From: Octopus sinensis
Lineage: Eukaryota
Direction of reading: 5' to 3'
Assembly: GCF_006345805.1 (NCBI RefSeq)
Contig: NC_042997.1
Location: forward strand, 71,114,001-71,178,000
DNA length: 64,000 nucleotides
Part shown: positions 39,585-52,665 of the stretch, one piece after another
Layout: every line of letters starts with the position of its first letter
Numbering within the stretch: position 1 is the stretch's first letter
Notes under the pieces: generated by a model
The model's input: the letters and a program-made list of their open reading frames with translations, nothing else
Told to the model about the DNA's origin: nothing
Database searches by the model: none
Made by a program: the position numbers and the translations under genes

Positions 39585-41650
39585 CAGGGATGTGGAACCT
39601 TTTGTGCATGAAGGCCACCCTACAATTCATCATCCCTAATAGAGGCCACATTGAACAAATTATTCTTCCTTTTAGTTATTTTCTCCCCTCAGTAATTTAT
39701 TAGTAATCTAATAAAAGAAAGATAGGTGTAGAAATCGAAAGTAAGACTTTTCAAATATTTCATTTAAGTAAGTACTTTTATACGAATAATAAGTAAATGA
39801 ATAATATCGAAATCAAGACATTTGCAGATATTTTATTTAGGCTAGTAGGTACTTTTTATTCAAATTAATGGAGTCTTTGAATATGCTTTTTTTTTCTAAA
39901 TAAAAAGCATTTTGATAACAGGTTTTAACAGTGGTTCTTAGTTTTAATTGGTTCCCCAAATGCTCATCTATCAATTGCGTTCTCAGCAAATTTTTGATTT
40001 GCATCAAGTACAAGAATGTGGATTCACAACAGTATGTTGAAGAAAAGCAGGAAGTTAGTTGGCGTGCATGTTCACGAAGACGAAGATATTCTACCGCATT
40101 TTTCCAAATTTAGATGGGATTTTCCTTCTTGTCAAACGGATATTTCAGGATATTATCTTCAGACATTTCAATAAGCTCCATTTGTAATTCTTCAGAAGCC
40201 TCTGATTCATCAGCTAAGTGAGGCTGAAAAGCAAGTTTCAGTTATGTTTTTCAAAATCATTGAATCTTTTATTATATTCTTTTATTAATGAGTCTAAAAC
40301 TGACTTGTATTCTTCATAAGATTCATAGATATCTTATTCATTTTCACTCATTATTGCGTAAGCTGAGGAAAGTATTCTTCTGAAAGTTTTGCTTGGGACA
40401 AAAGGAACTTGAAAAACGACAATTTTTTTTCTAAATGCCCAACTTTTTTGCAACATATCATAAATACATTTATTTCTGCCCTGCAACGAAATGCTTAACT
40501 CATTTTGTATTAACCTCACATAACATAAAAATGCAACATCTTAAATTTGGATTTAATAAATCACAATGTCCGTTGTTTTCTTTGAAAAAGTCAATTATTT
40601 GCGTTCATAAAGACAAAATTTTGACCAATACTTTCTCTTGCGACAACGTTTGAGCGATAAGGCAAATCCACATTAATTACTTCGTCATCCATCATCAGCA
40701 TGTTTCGAAATTGACGATGCTTCAGGGCATTTGCTCGAATATAGATTAAAATTTTGCACAGAGGTTTTGCTGATATAAAATACAATGAAACGAAATCAAT
40801 ACATTTGGTTCTTTGATTACTCTTTTAAGATGTGCAATAAATCCTTCATTTTCAGCCATCATAGCTGGAGCACCATCCACACACACCAAATCAGTAAAAT
40901 TTAGTCCTATTTTATGACATTGCTCATTGAAGTTGTTAAAAGTAGCTATCCCTCGCGTCCTTCTTTTAAGGGTGCCTAAAGCAAATAATTCTTGATATAA
41001 TTGAAAATCATCAGTTATAGCACGAATAAAATACAATACTTGTGCTGAATTTGTGGAATCTGTCGATTCATCCAAAGCTACTGAGCAATATACATTTTCT
41101 TTCCGGTTTATATTTTTCCGTTACTCTGTTACATTCATGCTGTCGATCTGTATTAGTCCTTCTTGAAAAAGGCACCTCTTTATATTTGCTTTATTGGGAT
41201 CTATACATCCTACCACTTCCAAAATACATTTCTTTATGAGTTCTGCATCACTGAATGGCTTACCTTTTTTTTCCAAGCAAATATGCAATTTTATAGATGG
41301 CTTATGTCGTAGCATTTCCTTGATGCAACACAGATTAGAAAAATTGTCTTTTGTTTTCCATCTTTCAATTTCTGCAATGCTATTTCGAGACTCACCCACT
41401 AATTTGGCATATTTATTGTCTTTACGAAGAGCATAATGTTGCGCTCCATTGAATTGCTGAACCGTTACAATTGCGGTACCACAAAACAAACAAGGTAGTT
41501 TGCGTCCATTATTTACTAAAAAGTATTGCAACTCCTATTCTTCATTGAAGATCCTGTTTTCTTCTTTCAAAGTTCGTTTTAATTTTTGGGGCATAATTAT
41601 TGGTTAAAAAGAAATGCATTTATTCTGAAAACCATAAAAAAATAAAAGTC
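39585..41650 (-). mobile_element. hAT transposon (SPIN/Buster/GTF2IRD2-like), degraded
   Basis: hAT-type end cagggatgtggaaccttttt at 39585; matching TIR at the other end not found. Confidence 0.8.
39865..41594 (-). pseudogene. hAT transposase pseudogene
   Basis: KRTLKEENRIFNEE*, CLFC..HY zinc finger, DESTD, DGAPAM, FHCILYQQ, dimerisation domain STYCCESTF..LIDEHL; many stops and frameshifts. Confidence 0.9.
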
Positions 41651-42069
41651 TTAAGGATGAATTAGTAAACCCTGCCGCACACTGACCCAAATAAAGCAGT
41701 CTTAGACAAGACACGATAAACTTGCATCCAAATCCATGTTATTGGTTTTGACTTTAGCGATTGTTACTACGATTGGTTATGACCAATATTCCAAGAACCT
41801 AAATTTCTTTGTCTCTCTTTTTCTTCCTCTCTTTCCCCCTCTCTCTTTGTCTACGCCACCTCCCTCACCGTCTCTATGCCTACTATTGCTTTCACCCCCA
41901 CCATGAGGAAGTGTCATTGAATAGTGAGGGAGGGGCAAAATGTGACACACTGACACAGCAATTAATTTTCGAATTTATGATACACACACACATATACACA
42001 CACACACATATATATATATATGTGAGTGTGTGTGTGTGTATGTATGTATGTATGAGTGACGAATACGTA

Positions 42070-42157
42070 CAGGTGCTAATTCATTACGGCGGTTTCAAGT
42101 GACTCCTTTATTTGATTAATGAAAATATTACATCATTTGAAAGAAACTGTTCTCGCT
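42070..42157 (-). mobile_element. Half copy of the 142-bp MITE
   Basis: ta-caggtgctaattcattacggcggtttc plus reverse complement of the MITE interior (gaaagaaactgttctcg). Confidence 0.7.
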
Positions 42158-43515
42158 AGATGACCGCATAGATTTCAAACATTGAGTATAAAACCACTGC
42201 CCTAACATATTCACATCAATGAGGGAACTGAAAATATTTACATTGTTTCTGTTGTCATATCTCTGGCAGAAGGAATTTAGAAAGTAATGCATAGCTTGCC
42301 GAGTCTATTATAATTTAGAGAGCAGTAGAGGAAATAGTGGGGTTAAGAAGAAAAGAGTGGTGACCCACTTACTTACACTTGGAAGACAATATGTAGAATG
42401 TATTCTTCAACTCTCTAGATCAAATTTATTGAGAGTTATGAACTATATTCTAGTTAATGGGGATAAATCCATTAATGTCAAACAATCTAAACTCTCTATA
42501 TACTGGAACCATATATCCAGCTTTGTCTACACAAAAGGATATGACGTCGGGTAGTAATAATGGAATACCTGATGGGAAAGGGATGATAATTGGAAGAAAG
42601 GAGAATAGGAAGAGCCAATACTTATTTTGATTATCATATTAAAGGAAAAAACACTGAAATAAAAACTCAAAGGGATAAATAATATAAATGTAGGGGTAGA
42701 ATTTAAAATCAGAGAGAAAGAAAAGTATTATATTATAAATTTGTAATGTTAAAGCGAGAAAAATCAATATATAGAAGGGTAGAAATTAAATCTAAAACTT
42801 AATAATTGGATATTTTAATATATCAGAAAAAATATATTAAGATTTTTAATAAACATAGTGTGAAGAAGATCATGGTAAAAATATTCTAAAATGATCGTAT
42901 AATGGAATGAAATTATTATATAAATAGAAACTTTAAAAAGTATACGTTGAACTAATATAACAACTATTCGCTTCATTATGGGTGGATAAACATAAGATTT
43001 CGTACGAAATGGTATCCAATATATGGTGTAATTAAATTAGAGATATTTCAAATGTATAAGGGAGTACGTTCAGATGCCATATCTAAACAAATTTGGGCAT
43101 ATAAACACTTAATGAATATATTGCATGATTAGAAAATATAATAAAATAAGAGTTCATATATACAGTGAAGTATATAAAGACCTTGTAAGTTATCAAAAAA
43201 ATTATAAATTATAAAGACTGTGAAAGTATATAAAAGGATATATAAATGTATAAAAATATCAAATATAAAATATAAAAAATTATTAAATATAATGTTTAAT
43301 TACAAATATAATAATATAATATGATATTAAACAGTGAGTTATATGAAAAGTAATTTATGAACTGCCAAACCATTCATAGGCTATAAAAGCTACACAAATA
43401 TATAAGTGGGTATATAAATGCATAAAAATTTAATAATACAAAATATAAAACAACTATAAAATATAAGTTCTTTTAAAATCGTTTACCGAATGATATAAAA
43501 AGTATAAAAGATATA

Positions 43516-44805
43516 CGAGGGACGTTCAATAAGTAATGCCTCTGATCCACTTGCAGTTGTTTGATCTAGCTGACATTTTGCATGTGCAATTATTTATATC
43601 ACTATAGAGTAAGTGGCAAATTACAGCTCAGAATTAATTGTGGTTTCTGATTTACAGGTGTTTGAACCGAGTCAAGTGTGAAATAGAGCCTGTTGAGTGT
43701 CGAGCAGTGATCCGGTTTTTGTATTTGAAAGGACGCACACCGCGGGAGACTTTTGATGAAATGAAAGTAACTTATGGTGATGATGCCCCACCATATGACC
43801 TTGTAAAACGCTGGCATCGTGAATTGAAACATGGTCGGAACTCTATGGAAACAGCTCCCAGATCTGGTCGCCCCTTCTGCCATTGATGAGGCATCTGTCC
43901 ATCAAGTTGAGGCTGCCATTTTGGAAGATCGACGCATAATTATTCGCCAAATAGCCCATGAGGTCAAGATTAGTACCGGGTCTGTGGAAACTATCATTCA
44001 TGACCATTTGCATATGCAAAAGGTGTCTGCCAGATGGATTCCCAGGTTGCTCACGCCTTTCCAGAAGCAAGAACGCGTCGAGTGCTTGGGGGTGAATTTG
44101 GAGATGTGCCAAGAAGATGAGTCAAACTTTTTCAAAAGACTGATTACACAGGATGAAACCTGGGTCCATCACGATGATCCAGAGACCAAAGCCCAGTCAA
44201 TGCAGTGGAAGCACCGTGACTCACCCCCTCCAAAGAAGGCAAGGGTGCAGCCCTCCGCTGGCAAGGTCATGCTCACAGTCTTCTGGGACCAGGACGGAGT
44301 AGTGATGACAGATTTCTTGGCAATGGGTACCACAATTGCAGGAGCCTATTATGCTTCACTTTTGAGGAAATTAAGAGAGGCTATCAAAATCAAGAGGCGG
44401 GGCAAGATCAGCAAAGGCATCCTCCTCCTGCAGGACAACGCTCCGGTCCACAACTCGCTTGTCGCCAGATCAGAAGCACAGGCGTATGGCTATGAACTCC
44501 TCCCCCATCCCCCTACTTTCCTGACCTTGCACCCTCTGATTTCCACCTCTTCCCAGTCATGAAGTTGTTTTTGAAAGGAAAGCGTTTCCCAGATGATGCA
44601 GCCTTGATTTCTGAAGTCACGTTCAGGTTGGAGGACCAAGCTGGGGTTTTCTACAAAAACGGTCTCCAGAGCTGCATCAAACAATGGGATAAATGCGTAA
44701 CTCTGGGTGGTTCCTATGTAGAAAAAGACTAATAACTGTGCCAAGTTTCGTTGCTCTACTCCTATGGGAAGTGGGTCAGGGGCATTACTTATTGAACACC
44801 CCTCG
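43516..44805 (+). mobile_element. Mariner copy C, 1290 bp
   Basis: TA target duplication, TIRs; transposase 43683-44732 with ATG changed to ATA and -2 and -1 indels. Confidence 0.95.
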
Positions 44806-45289
44806 TATAAATAAGGATATAGAATAAAATAATGATTATTTTATAATGATATTTGCACTTCGAAAAAATTTCCTAAACATATTATTATTAATACAATATA
44901 AAATAAAAGATATGTATAAAATTACCTTTGGAAAAGGGTTTATAAGATATTTCTAAAATACGTCAAAGATAATGATGTCGGTAGAAAAGTAACATATCTT
45001 AGAGGGTATGTTTTATACTTAGGGAAGGAGCGAAATTTAGCAATCCATTATAAAATTTATGTTATGCTATGAAATGGGGGAAGGGATGAATACATGTCTT
45101 GCAAACAACTTGTACATGCAAGTGCTACCAGTCAAAAGCTCCGTATACCGGAAGCCAGCAAGTGTATGGGGTCATCAGGTGAGAATGCGCGCCGTTTTGG
45201 AGCCTACCTCTCGACGGCATCAATGCGCACCGGCCCCACTACTGTAATTATTGAAAGTTTATAGAACAAAGGGTTTAAGAGTCACTAGA

Positions 45290-45720
45290 AAGCATTATTG
45301 AATAACTTCGAGATAATAGAGGCTATGAATGATATGGCACCCCGAATAACTCATGTTAACAAAGTACAGTATGATATACTTATTATTACCAGCTCTTAAA
45401 ATATTTAAAGGTACAGGTAATCTTATGAACACATGGTTTTCGTAGATAATGAGATACTGCTGGCTTTAAGTTAAGTCTAAAGGACAAAAAATTGTTATTA
45501 AAACGTTTTTTCACATCTACTGAGCCTCTGATGTAAATAAATTTATTAGTTTCTGTCATTATTCTGCATTTATATATATCATTTCCTGCTAAACACTGAC
45601 CTATTAACGGGCAGTGGGATCTTTTCCTACAATTGCAATTGCGATTATTATTATTAATAGAATTACTTATCATATTAGCTTCGATTCAGGTTTGATTCAA
45701 ATACACCGCATGCACCGTGG
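45290..45720 (-). pseudogene. PLE linker + GIY-YIG remnant
   Basis: NCNCRKRSHCPLIGQCL..IYKCRI..KKRFNNNFLSFR; homologous to 61068-61472. Confidence 0.75.
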
Positions 45721-46149
45721 ATTTGAAAGATTATAACATACGAAATTGAGATATTACACTCAATAAACGTAAGCTATCAATATAATAATTATGATAATAA
45801 TATTAGGGAGTATATCCAAACTTACAGGGAAAAATTAGATTCAGGATTAAATCAAATTTCACAGTATAAATATAAATTAAATTAGAGATCAAACCACTAT
45901 TACGCAACTCAGACAGTGATAGACATAAACCAAAACATAAAAAGCAAAAAATAAATATAATTAATATAATATACAATTTATATATAAAATATAAAATTTG
46001 TGTTTGTGTGTGTATGTATACATATATGTATATATATATATATATACGGAGAGAAAGAGTGAGACAGAGAGAGATCGTGAGTGAGAGAGTGAGGTAGTAA
46101 TGCAGATAAACACTTTCAGGCTTGATTCAAAATATATTTACATGGTACA

Positions 46150-46502
46150 CAATAAGTATGGAATAAAGTATAGAGAAATTATATAATGTCTCAACACGAC
46201 ATCTGTTAGCCGAGAGTTACATAATCATAATTAGCAGGTAATATATGCAGGAATTCATGGGTAAGCAACCGGTGACCAATCAGATGAAAATATTTCAGTT
46301 AGTCCCTAAGAGATGACTGACAGTCTTTGAAAAGGAAGCTGGACTTATGGTATCTTTATGTGATTGATCACCGGTTGCATAGCCTTGACTTTTTGCATAT
46401 ACCATCTACTAATTATGATTATTAGATAACTTTCGGCTTCCTGAAATAGATTTTGAGTTAAGACATCGCATAATACCTTTATATTTTATTCTGTATTTAT
46501 AG
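46150..46502. repeat. Old diverged fold-back (about 135-bp arms)
   Basis: gcaaccggtgaccaatca / tgattgatcaccggttgc and ataatcataattag / ctaattatgattat are co-linear inverted matches. Confidence 0.6.
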
Positions 46503-46519
46503 TGCTCGATGTAAAAATA

Positions 46520-46742
46520 AGGTGGCGAATGCTGAAAATTTCCTGGCTTTAATGCTATCACGAAAGACCTGATTGGAGGTCCAAACTTCCGAGTTCTTTT
46601 ACAGGGCTTAGAAAAACTGGAGGGTCACTGCAATAAATGTGTATATCTGAGAGTGGGAATATGTTCAATAAAATCATAATTAACTGATCCTCCTGTATTT
46701 TCTTTTACCCAAAGCCAGGAACTTCTCAGCACCCCCATCTTG
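46520..46742 (+). mobile_element. Mariner-derived MITE (about 220 bp)
   Basis: TIR tgctgaaaatttcctggcttt / aaagccaggaacttctcagca; contains transposase C-terminus QGLEKLEGHCNKCVYLR. Confidence 0.75.
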
Positions 46743-46947
46743 TACATATATGAAGCCAAACAGTCTTTATTTGCGCTAATATCTCCATCTCAGATCGATC
46801 TGAATATTTTTTATAGCCACTGCTGACACTGTAAGCCCTATGCCGGATGAAGAAATCGGATTTTAAGTTTAAAATCATTCGAGTACTAGTCTGGTTTTTA
46901 TACTGAAATTATCTCTCACCTATTGATTCTATACATACGTATATATA

Positions 46948-46978
<31 letters not shown>

Positions 46979-47437
46979 TCAAGAATACACGCACACACAA
47001 ATTTATATATATACGTATATATGTATACATATATATATATATACATATATATATACATATCCATTCGGTTCAGCAAATCATATTTTTGATATACTCTACT
47101 GAGGATTCGAAAATGATTATGTAAGTAAAATTACACAATCTATTAACGATGAAACAATTGTATAGAGTTAATCTATTTTTTCGTTATTTTTCATTTGTCC
47201 TGCCCGCTTACATTCTTGGCGTGTTGAATTAATGCTTCAGAGCAATTCTTTAGCGGTAGATTCCCTTTGCGGATCTATATCTAGCGTTAGAGTGACCACA
47301 TGTGGTCTCTCTCTTATTACTTGTATTAATAATTTTTACTGTATCCCAGTTTTTTTACGCTAGGCCACTTGGTGTTTTGAATTGATGTTATTAATTAATA
47401 TTCAATTTTTTTCACCCTTATTGTGATTTATATATAT

Positions 47438-47481
<44 letters not shown>

Positions 47482-47861
47482 CATACACACACATAAATAT
47501 ATGAAAATACTGGAAATAAAATAGCAGTGAGAGAGTGAGAGGTTTAAATATAGATAATGGATACAAGTAAGTAGATGGTTGTCTTTTTGTTTTTTTTATG
47601 TACCCATATATAACCGTACGCTATCTACGTTGTGAAGTTAAAAATACATTCATAAAATTACATACATATAAATACATATATATATGCACAAGCACGGGTG
47701 CAGATGCACACATGTGAGCACAGACACAAACATACAAGCAAGTATATATATATATGTGTGTGTGTATGTGTTTGTGTGTGTTTGTATAGATAATTAGGTA
47801 GATACGTTATACATACATATATATATGTGTGTGTGTATGTGTGTGTATGTATATATGTATG

Positions 47862-47985
<124 letters not shown>

Positions 47986-48604
47986 TATCCATACACTAAT
48001 CTAAATACCTGTTTGCCTGATTGTCTGGCTCTCTGTCCGTCTGCATGAATGTACGTATTGTTTGTATGCATATGTTGTGTGTATCATTGCCCCTATTTTC
48101 GCCACTGTTTAAAAAAAATCAAACAGATGAACACTTTGATAAATTTGCTACATGAAAAACTAGAGCTCAACATCTTGTGAGTAAATTCCTGATTCGGATT
48201 GAGAGGGGGCTTGGAAATTCGGACTTGGAAACGTTAGTAATGATGCAGTAAGCTTTATCCCTAAGGCTTCTAATTGTTTGATGTCTATAACATGGTGTGA
48301 ACAAAGAAATATATGGCAGAGTGGCAAGAAGAATCTCATCAGATGTTAATCTCTATTTTTTATTCATATAACATTGTGCCAAGTATGCCTGCATGTGTGT
48401 GTGCTTGTATGTATATATATGTATCTATGTATGTATATATGTATGTATATATGCATGTGTATGTATGTATTCATGTATGTTATGTACTGTTGTGCATGAA
48501 TATGGTTATTAGATTGTTTGAGTGGGTGTATACAAGTATCACTATGAACATATATGAACATCACCTTAATATGTAAAATTATCTATGTCTGTCTGTCTCT
48601 TATA

Positions 48605-48669
<65 letters not shown>

Positions 48670-48824
48670 ATATATATATATATATATATATAATATAAAT
48701 GTGTGTGTGCGTGCATTATGTGCATATAATTGTATGCTTTCATATACATACATACACATATATAGATACACGCACTGCGAACATATTCAAATGTGAATAT
48801 ATATATATATGTATATAATCTTTT

Positions 48825-49035
48825 AATGCTGGCGCATCGCCTTTAGTCGTAAAGGTCGACCCCAGGACTTATTATTTGTAAGTTTAGTAATTATTCTATC
48901 GGTCTCTTATGCCGAACCGCTAAGTTACGGGTACGCAAACACACCAGCATCGGTTGTAAAGCGATGGTGGGGTAACAAACACAGACACACAAACACTCAC
49001 ACGCATACACACACACATACACACACACACACACA

Positions 49036-49067
<32 letters not shown>

Positions 49068-49205
49068 CGACGGGCTTCTTTCAGTTTCCGTCTACCAAAT
49101 CCACTCTCAAGGCTTTGATCGCCCCGAGGCTATAGAAGACACCTGCCCAAGGTAGCATGCAGTGGAACTGAACCTGGAACCATGTGGTTGGTAAGCAAGC
49201 TACTT
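48825..49205 (-). mobile_element. SINE family 2, head interrupted at aagtagcttgcttacc
   Basis: Complete body; SINE similarity stops exactly at 49205. Confidence 0.85.
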
Positions 49206-49720
49206 TATTCCAAAAATTTTTACTATAAAGGCATGATACAGAGTTGCTTGCGGGCTGGACAAAGGCATTGATGCGGTGAATGATGATAAGGATGATATTA
49301 ATGGAAGAAGACAAAAAACCCCCGTCAATCTTCTGCTTCTCTAAAACATTATTCTCTTATCTTTTTTCTACTGAAAAAGACAAAACGAGGTAATGAAGCT
49401 CGTACTTCAATTTTACAGATTTTTGGACTAATAGTCCATTTATGAATTGGGGCGTAAGTCCTCTTAAATACAATAATATACAATAAACATTAAACATTGT
49501 AACACTGAGGCTTTTCAAACTCTTGTCATTATTCCTCCCCGTCATCGCTTGTGCCCGTAAACTCCACCATCCCCCCACGCCTCGTTCAAGACTAAGGTGG
49601 GATCCGAGCTGGCGTCGCCCGGCCACAAGCGATATTCCTCATTGAGTTCCTGCAGTCTAAACCCCATAGACACCGTTGTGACCTCCACAGCTATCTGCAG
49701 AGGCCATTCGGGATCCTGGG
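49206..49720 (-). mobile_element. Tx1/L1-like ORF1-only element, copy 2 (3' portion)
   Basis: 3' tail 49300-49355 matches 54521-54576 at 42/56 ungapped; ORF end DPEWPLQIAVEVTTVSM resembles NPNWPS*VTAKVISEVSM of copy 1; ends aataa|aagtagc. Confidence 0.75.
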
Positions 49721-50163
49721 CCTCTCTGAAAAGATACAAAAGGTATGCAGTCCATATGACATCAGGACAGTATTCAAGAGTAATACAACACTTTGCAAAT
49801 ATCTCCTTCGAGTAAAACAACCAATAGAAGATAATATGACCAAAAACTGCGCGTACTCCATCCCATGCAGCTGTGGTAGGTTATACAAAGGCGAAACATA
49901 CCAGGCCCTCAAAATGAGGGTAGCCGAACATCGCAATGCTGTGACACGCGGAGATATTGATAAACCGGGTATAGTTGATCATGTATGGAAAAATGGAAAC
50001 CACCTCCCCCTGTGGGATGAAGTTATAATAATAGACAGAGAACACCACTGGAAAATACGAAAACTAAAAGAAGCAGCATATATGCTAGAACATAACAACC
50101 TCTTAATCAGACCGACTGCAGATATGAATGGCATATGGGAACCGGTATTAAGGAAGATAGGAA

Positions 50164-50240
<77 letters not shown>

Positions 50241-50390
50241 TGATAATAACATCGAAAAATATCTTAGGAATGAGAACCCAGGTCGAAATTTGCCCAAGTC
50301 ACCTGATGAAGGTTGGAGGATATATCAACCGAAACGTTGTGTTAAGAACAAACAAGATGAGGACAAATATCCGTCAAATGTAAATAATGT
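49720..50390 (+). mobile_element. PLE 3' fragment (Penelope/Poseidon-like GIY-YIG) with (AAT)n and hammerhead
   Basis: GLSEKIQKVCSPYDIRTVFKS..AYSIPCSCGRLYKGET..RVAEH..RKLKEAAY. Confidence 0.88.
50300..50341 (+). ncRNA. Type I hammerhead ribozyme (minimal, loopless palindromic stem III)
   Basis: CAC CTGATGA a GGTTG gaggatatat CAACC GAAAC GTT GTG. Confidence 0.75.
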
Positions 50391-52143
50391 AAAGCAGTAG
50401 CTTCTGTAGTGTAGTTCTTGTGATCTGCAATTAGACATTGCTGTTAGTGTTTAGATTTTCCTGCACGAGATTCGTATTCTCCCGTGCCACGCTAGCACAT
50501 TGTATACTGGCAAAAGTCGATACTTGATTTTTATTTATTCAAATCAACCGCTAGTATGATGAATGGCAAAAGTGATCTCGCCGTGTTTTGAACTAAGAAT
50601 GTAAATAGCCAGAACAACTACAGTAAAGCTTTATCGACACTGCCAATCCGCTACGTTATTATTCATATAACAAGTGATTAACTTTCCAGAAAATATGAGC
50701 CCTAATCACTCACAAACAAAAGGCATCTGCAGTTTATATAAACTCAGGTTGCAAGAGGTAAGTGTCAATGTAATTGACCGCGTATACCATACAATGTCAA
50801 GCATATATGATCTTCTACGTTGATACAACAGTAATGAGGAACCTAAACAAAATTCTGAACTGAAATTATGAAAGATGAGAGAGGATGGAATATATGCTTT
50901 AAACTTTTCTAAACCTTTAACGGAACTGCTACACAGTCGCTCGACCACCAGGTAATAATAAAGAATTGCCTTTTAACGTATCCCTTATTATTTTTAACAG
51001 CGGAAGAACACGGACAGAATACATTAGGTAAATAAGGCAGGATGGTCATGCAAGAATCCCGTTAATCATAAGTCTACTCAATCAAGAATAATCTGTCTCG
51101 AAGTACCAATAAGTTTCTATTTCTAGTAAGTGTATGTAGTAATCATTCCACTTCGTAGAATTTTATCAAACTTGGCTGTTGACGAGGAGAAAAATCATAC
51201 AATCTTTACGTGTTATCAAAATGTGATATCGAACAAGTTAAAATCTATCATCTGCGGGTCAAAAATAGCAATGTTGCACATAACGTTTTGCTGTTAAATG
51301 TAGAAGGTCTCTGACAGGTTCTCGCACGGTGATAGATTTTCAAATTAATATCCCGCGACAGAATAATCTGCAAAATTCATTTAAAACCAAACATACAAAG
51401 ATTAAACAAGCAGCAAAAAAGTACAATAAATAAATAAGTAAACAAATAAATAAATATACGACCTAATAATACGATTTGCAAAGTTATCAAAATATAAGGG
51501 TGTGGGTGTTTTGACTACTTTACGCACTACTCTTTTCACGAGTATTGGCTTTCTCTGACACTTATTTCATGTAGACTAACGATATACTTACTTTTGCCTT
51601 CCTTTCTTCTTTTCTCTTTCTTTCTTATTTTCTTTCGGTCTTTCTTTATTTCTGCCACCTTATGTACATATATCTTTTCCACTCTCTTTTTGTTTTCCAA
51701 CTCCCTCTGTTCAGTATTGCAAAGACATACATATTTCTTCATTCAATGAAAAGCAACACCAGAATTAATCATTTCCGCTGTAAAAACTCTAAAGAAAATA
51801 TTTTCCAAAGAAGATTTTGATTATATTTTCATGCTAACAATTTGCTTATTTACAGTATGTTACATTATTTTACGACTTTGACAACTTCATAGATTTACAG
51901 TTTTTGAGACATTTTATATGAATATATGTATGTATATATATATTATGCAATACAATATAATATATATATATATATATATTTTTTTTACTTGTTTCAGTCA
52001 TTTGACTGCGGCCATGCTGGAGCACCATATTTGCACATATATATATGTGTATATATATGCACATATATATATGTATATAAACATATATATGTATATAATA
52101 TGTGTGTATGTGTGTTTATGTATATATAGTGTATATATATAAA

Positions 52144-52306
52144 GGCGCAGGTGTCGCTGTGTTAAGAAGCATGCTTCCCAACCACATGGTTCTGGGTTCA
52201 GTCTCACTGCATAGCACCTTGGGCCAGTATCTTCTGCTATAGCCTCGGGCCGACCAAAGCTCTATGGGTGGATTTGGTAGACGGACACTGAAAGAAGTCC
52301 GTCGTA
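52144..52306 (+). mobile_element. SINE family 2, 5' half
   Basis: ggcgcaggtgtcgctgtg..cccaaccacatggttctgggttcagtc..gatttggtagacgg. Confidence 0.8.
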
Positions 52307-52627
52307 TATATATATATAATATTATATTTATATGGACTTAAAGATGGATCGCAGTTTAATATGTAATTTAGTTATTGCAGTTTACTATTAATAGCGATAC
52401 AATGTACATTGGGTAAATGTATTTGAAAGTTGTGGTTTCTTTGGTTTGTTTGTTCCCAAACAACATTTATTTTAGTGCTGTTGGGACACCGCCGGATTGA
52501 ATGGCACTGCTCACGTGTTGAAACCATAATATCCGTGGGGCAGCTGATGATGGAGCTATGTTGGATTGTTGAAATGGCTGAAGAACAGTATTATAACACA
52601 TCCTTTTGATATATATATATATGTATA

Positions 52628-52665
52628 GGCGCAGGAGTGGCTGTGTGGTAAGTAGCTTGCCTACC
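52628..52665 (+). mobile_element. SINE family 2 head, 5' piece of a split copy
   Basis: ggcgcaggagtggctgtgtggtaagtagcttgcctacc; continues at 54670. Confidence 0.85.
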
